Source: Octopus sinensis
Lineage: Eukaryota
Assembly (NCBI RefSeq): GCF_006345805.1
Contig: NC_043006.1
Span: forward strand, 4,216,001-4,280,000
Length of the DNA: 64,000 bases
Reading direction: 5' to 3'
Of the stretch, positions 62,245 through 64,000 are shown piece by piece (position 1 is the first letter of the stretch; each line of letters starts with the position of its first letter). A program made the position numbers and the translations under genes. The notes under the pieces were generated by a model. That model made no database searches, was not told the origin of the DNA, and was given only the letters and a program-made list of their open reading frames with translations.

Positions 62245-63330
62245 TGTTGGGAATAGTTCAGTTCACGGTACTTCTTGACCTACTTTGCTTGGCTTAGAGA
62301 CGGGAAGTCTGCAGTGTAAAGTTAAAGTCCTTTGTTTACTGGAAGAGTAATGGGTTTTTGGAGGGACCTTTGGCTTTGCCGGTCGATTAGCGGTCAGAGA
62401 GATGTGAAGTAGGAGAAAGATAGAGTAAGGAATCTGAGAGCAGATAGAGAGGATGACAGCAGCAGCGCAATAAAGATAGAGTAGGGAATCTGAGAGCAGA
62501 TAGAGAGGGTATAAGCAGTAGAGACAGATGGAGATTAGGGTAAGGGAAGGACAGAGCAAGTGAGGTTTTGAGGCAGTGGGTATTCGGTCGTCAGAGAGGA
62601 CAGACGAATTTTGGAAGTCAGGGGAAGGAGTTGGAATTTTAGGAGCAAGCAGTTGGGATGCGAGAGCTTGGCAGGCTGGAGCTAGTAGCGACAGAAAGGG
62701 ATATATACAGAGGAATAAGCGGTACAGAGAGAGATGAAGTGCAAGATGGGACATTGGCTATTCAATTAGGAATTAAGGTATTTGATTATGTATTGATACG
62801 TGTCACGATGTAAAGAGACAGTGAAAAGAAATGAGACAGTGAAATGAACAATGTGAATTGAGTCAAGGACTTGTCGATGTGTCGATTATTGAGTTGTGGT
62901 ATTTATGTTCAGAATTATGTTGATATGTGTAGAAAAAGACTTTAAAGAACTGTGAACGTTATCTGTTGAAGTGATTTGGAAAAGAACTGTGTCTTCGGAC
63001 GTGTACCTTTGAAATGCTGATATATTGACCTTGTTGTGTCGTCTCCGGACTGTTATATTGTTACTTGCATGTTTAAATGCTTTGATCTGTGGCATACCCG
63101 TATGATGTATTGATTTGTTGTTTCCTTTAAATGTATTTGATGTGTAACAATTGATTGTCATAAACTAGTGTTAAATGTAAGCCAGTTGTTGCCTTGTCGT
63201 TTTGTGTCTCTCTCGGTTGCCTCTCGGTATCTCTCTGTGCTGCTGTTGTTGTCGTTGTATCTCTCCTCTTCGGGTTCCGTGGCGAACTTGCCCGTTCGGG
63301 CGAGCGGCGACGGCGGGTGATTCCGTAACA
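62245..63330. mobile_element. Solo LTR (Gypsy-like, 4-bp TSD)
   Basis: ATAT|TGTTGGGAAT ... ATTCCGTAACA|ATAT. Confidence 0.72.
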
Positions 63331-63339
63331 ATATGTATA

Positions 63340-63665
63340 TATGGTTAGAGCGTCGATCTTACGATCGTGAGGTTGTGAGCTCGAATCTCGGACCGGGCTG
63401 CGTGTTGTGTTCTTGAGCAAGACACTTTATTTCACGTTGCTCCAGTTCACTCAGCTGTAGAAATGAGTTGCGACGTCACAGGTGCCAAGCTGTATCGGCC
63501 CCTTTGCCTTTCCCTTGGTTAACACCGGTGGCGTGGAGAGGGGAGGCCGGTATGCTTGGCCGACTGCTGGTCTTCCATAAACCACCTTGCCCAGACTTGT
63601 GACTAGGAGGGTAACTTTCTAGGTGCAATCTCATGGTCAGTGTCGTGACCGAACGGGGTCAACAA
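63340..63665 (+). mobile_element. tRNA-derived SINE family D
   Basis: GGTTAGAGCG..CTTACGATC..GCTCGAATCTC tRNA-like head, then CTTGAGCAAGACACTT body. Confidence 0.75.
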
Positions 63666-63702
63666 CAATATATATATTGTTTATGTTTATCCTTCATCTC
63701 TC

Positions 63703-63801
<99 letters not shown>

Positions 63802-64000
63802 AATGAAGGATAAACATAAGGAATTCGAAGTCAGTTGGTTTCTATTTCGTGCATTATGACTGACCACCTTTGGGAAAATGTTTTGGAAATGTCTGTTAAA
63901 GACCTATTAATTTTGCATGAAAAAAAGGCATTTGGCTGTTATTTCTAGCATGTAAAATAATTTATGAACTAAATCTTTTAGCAAATGCTTCTTAAATTCC

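Overview
AT-rich, repeat-saturated eukaryotic DNA. The SINE families and RTE tails look like those of octopus (inference from recognised repeat types). Mobile-element content: a CR1/L2-group LINE with an uninterrupted RT frame at the left edge; decayed Merlin, Helitron, Tx1-like, RTE, maT and mariner elements; solo LTRs; many tRNA-derived SINEs; microsatellites. A 10.1-kb near-identical duplication flanks a 100-N gap and is probably an assembly artefact. One host gene can be rebuilt on the minus strand (43812-54639): an ankyrin-repeat/RING (Mind-bomb-like) E3 ligase with a (PSTSQPE)n tail and two in-frame stops. The main finding is four distinct non-coding repeat elements that carry minimal type I hammerhead ribozymes (8 well-formed copies plus one decayed). 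All four sit in (TA)n tracts, three have inverted 5' ends, and three share a conserved 3' terminal module. This points to a Penelope-associated, retrozyme-like system.
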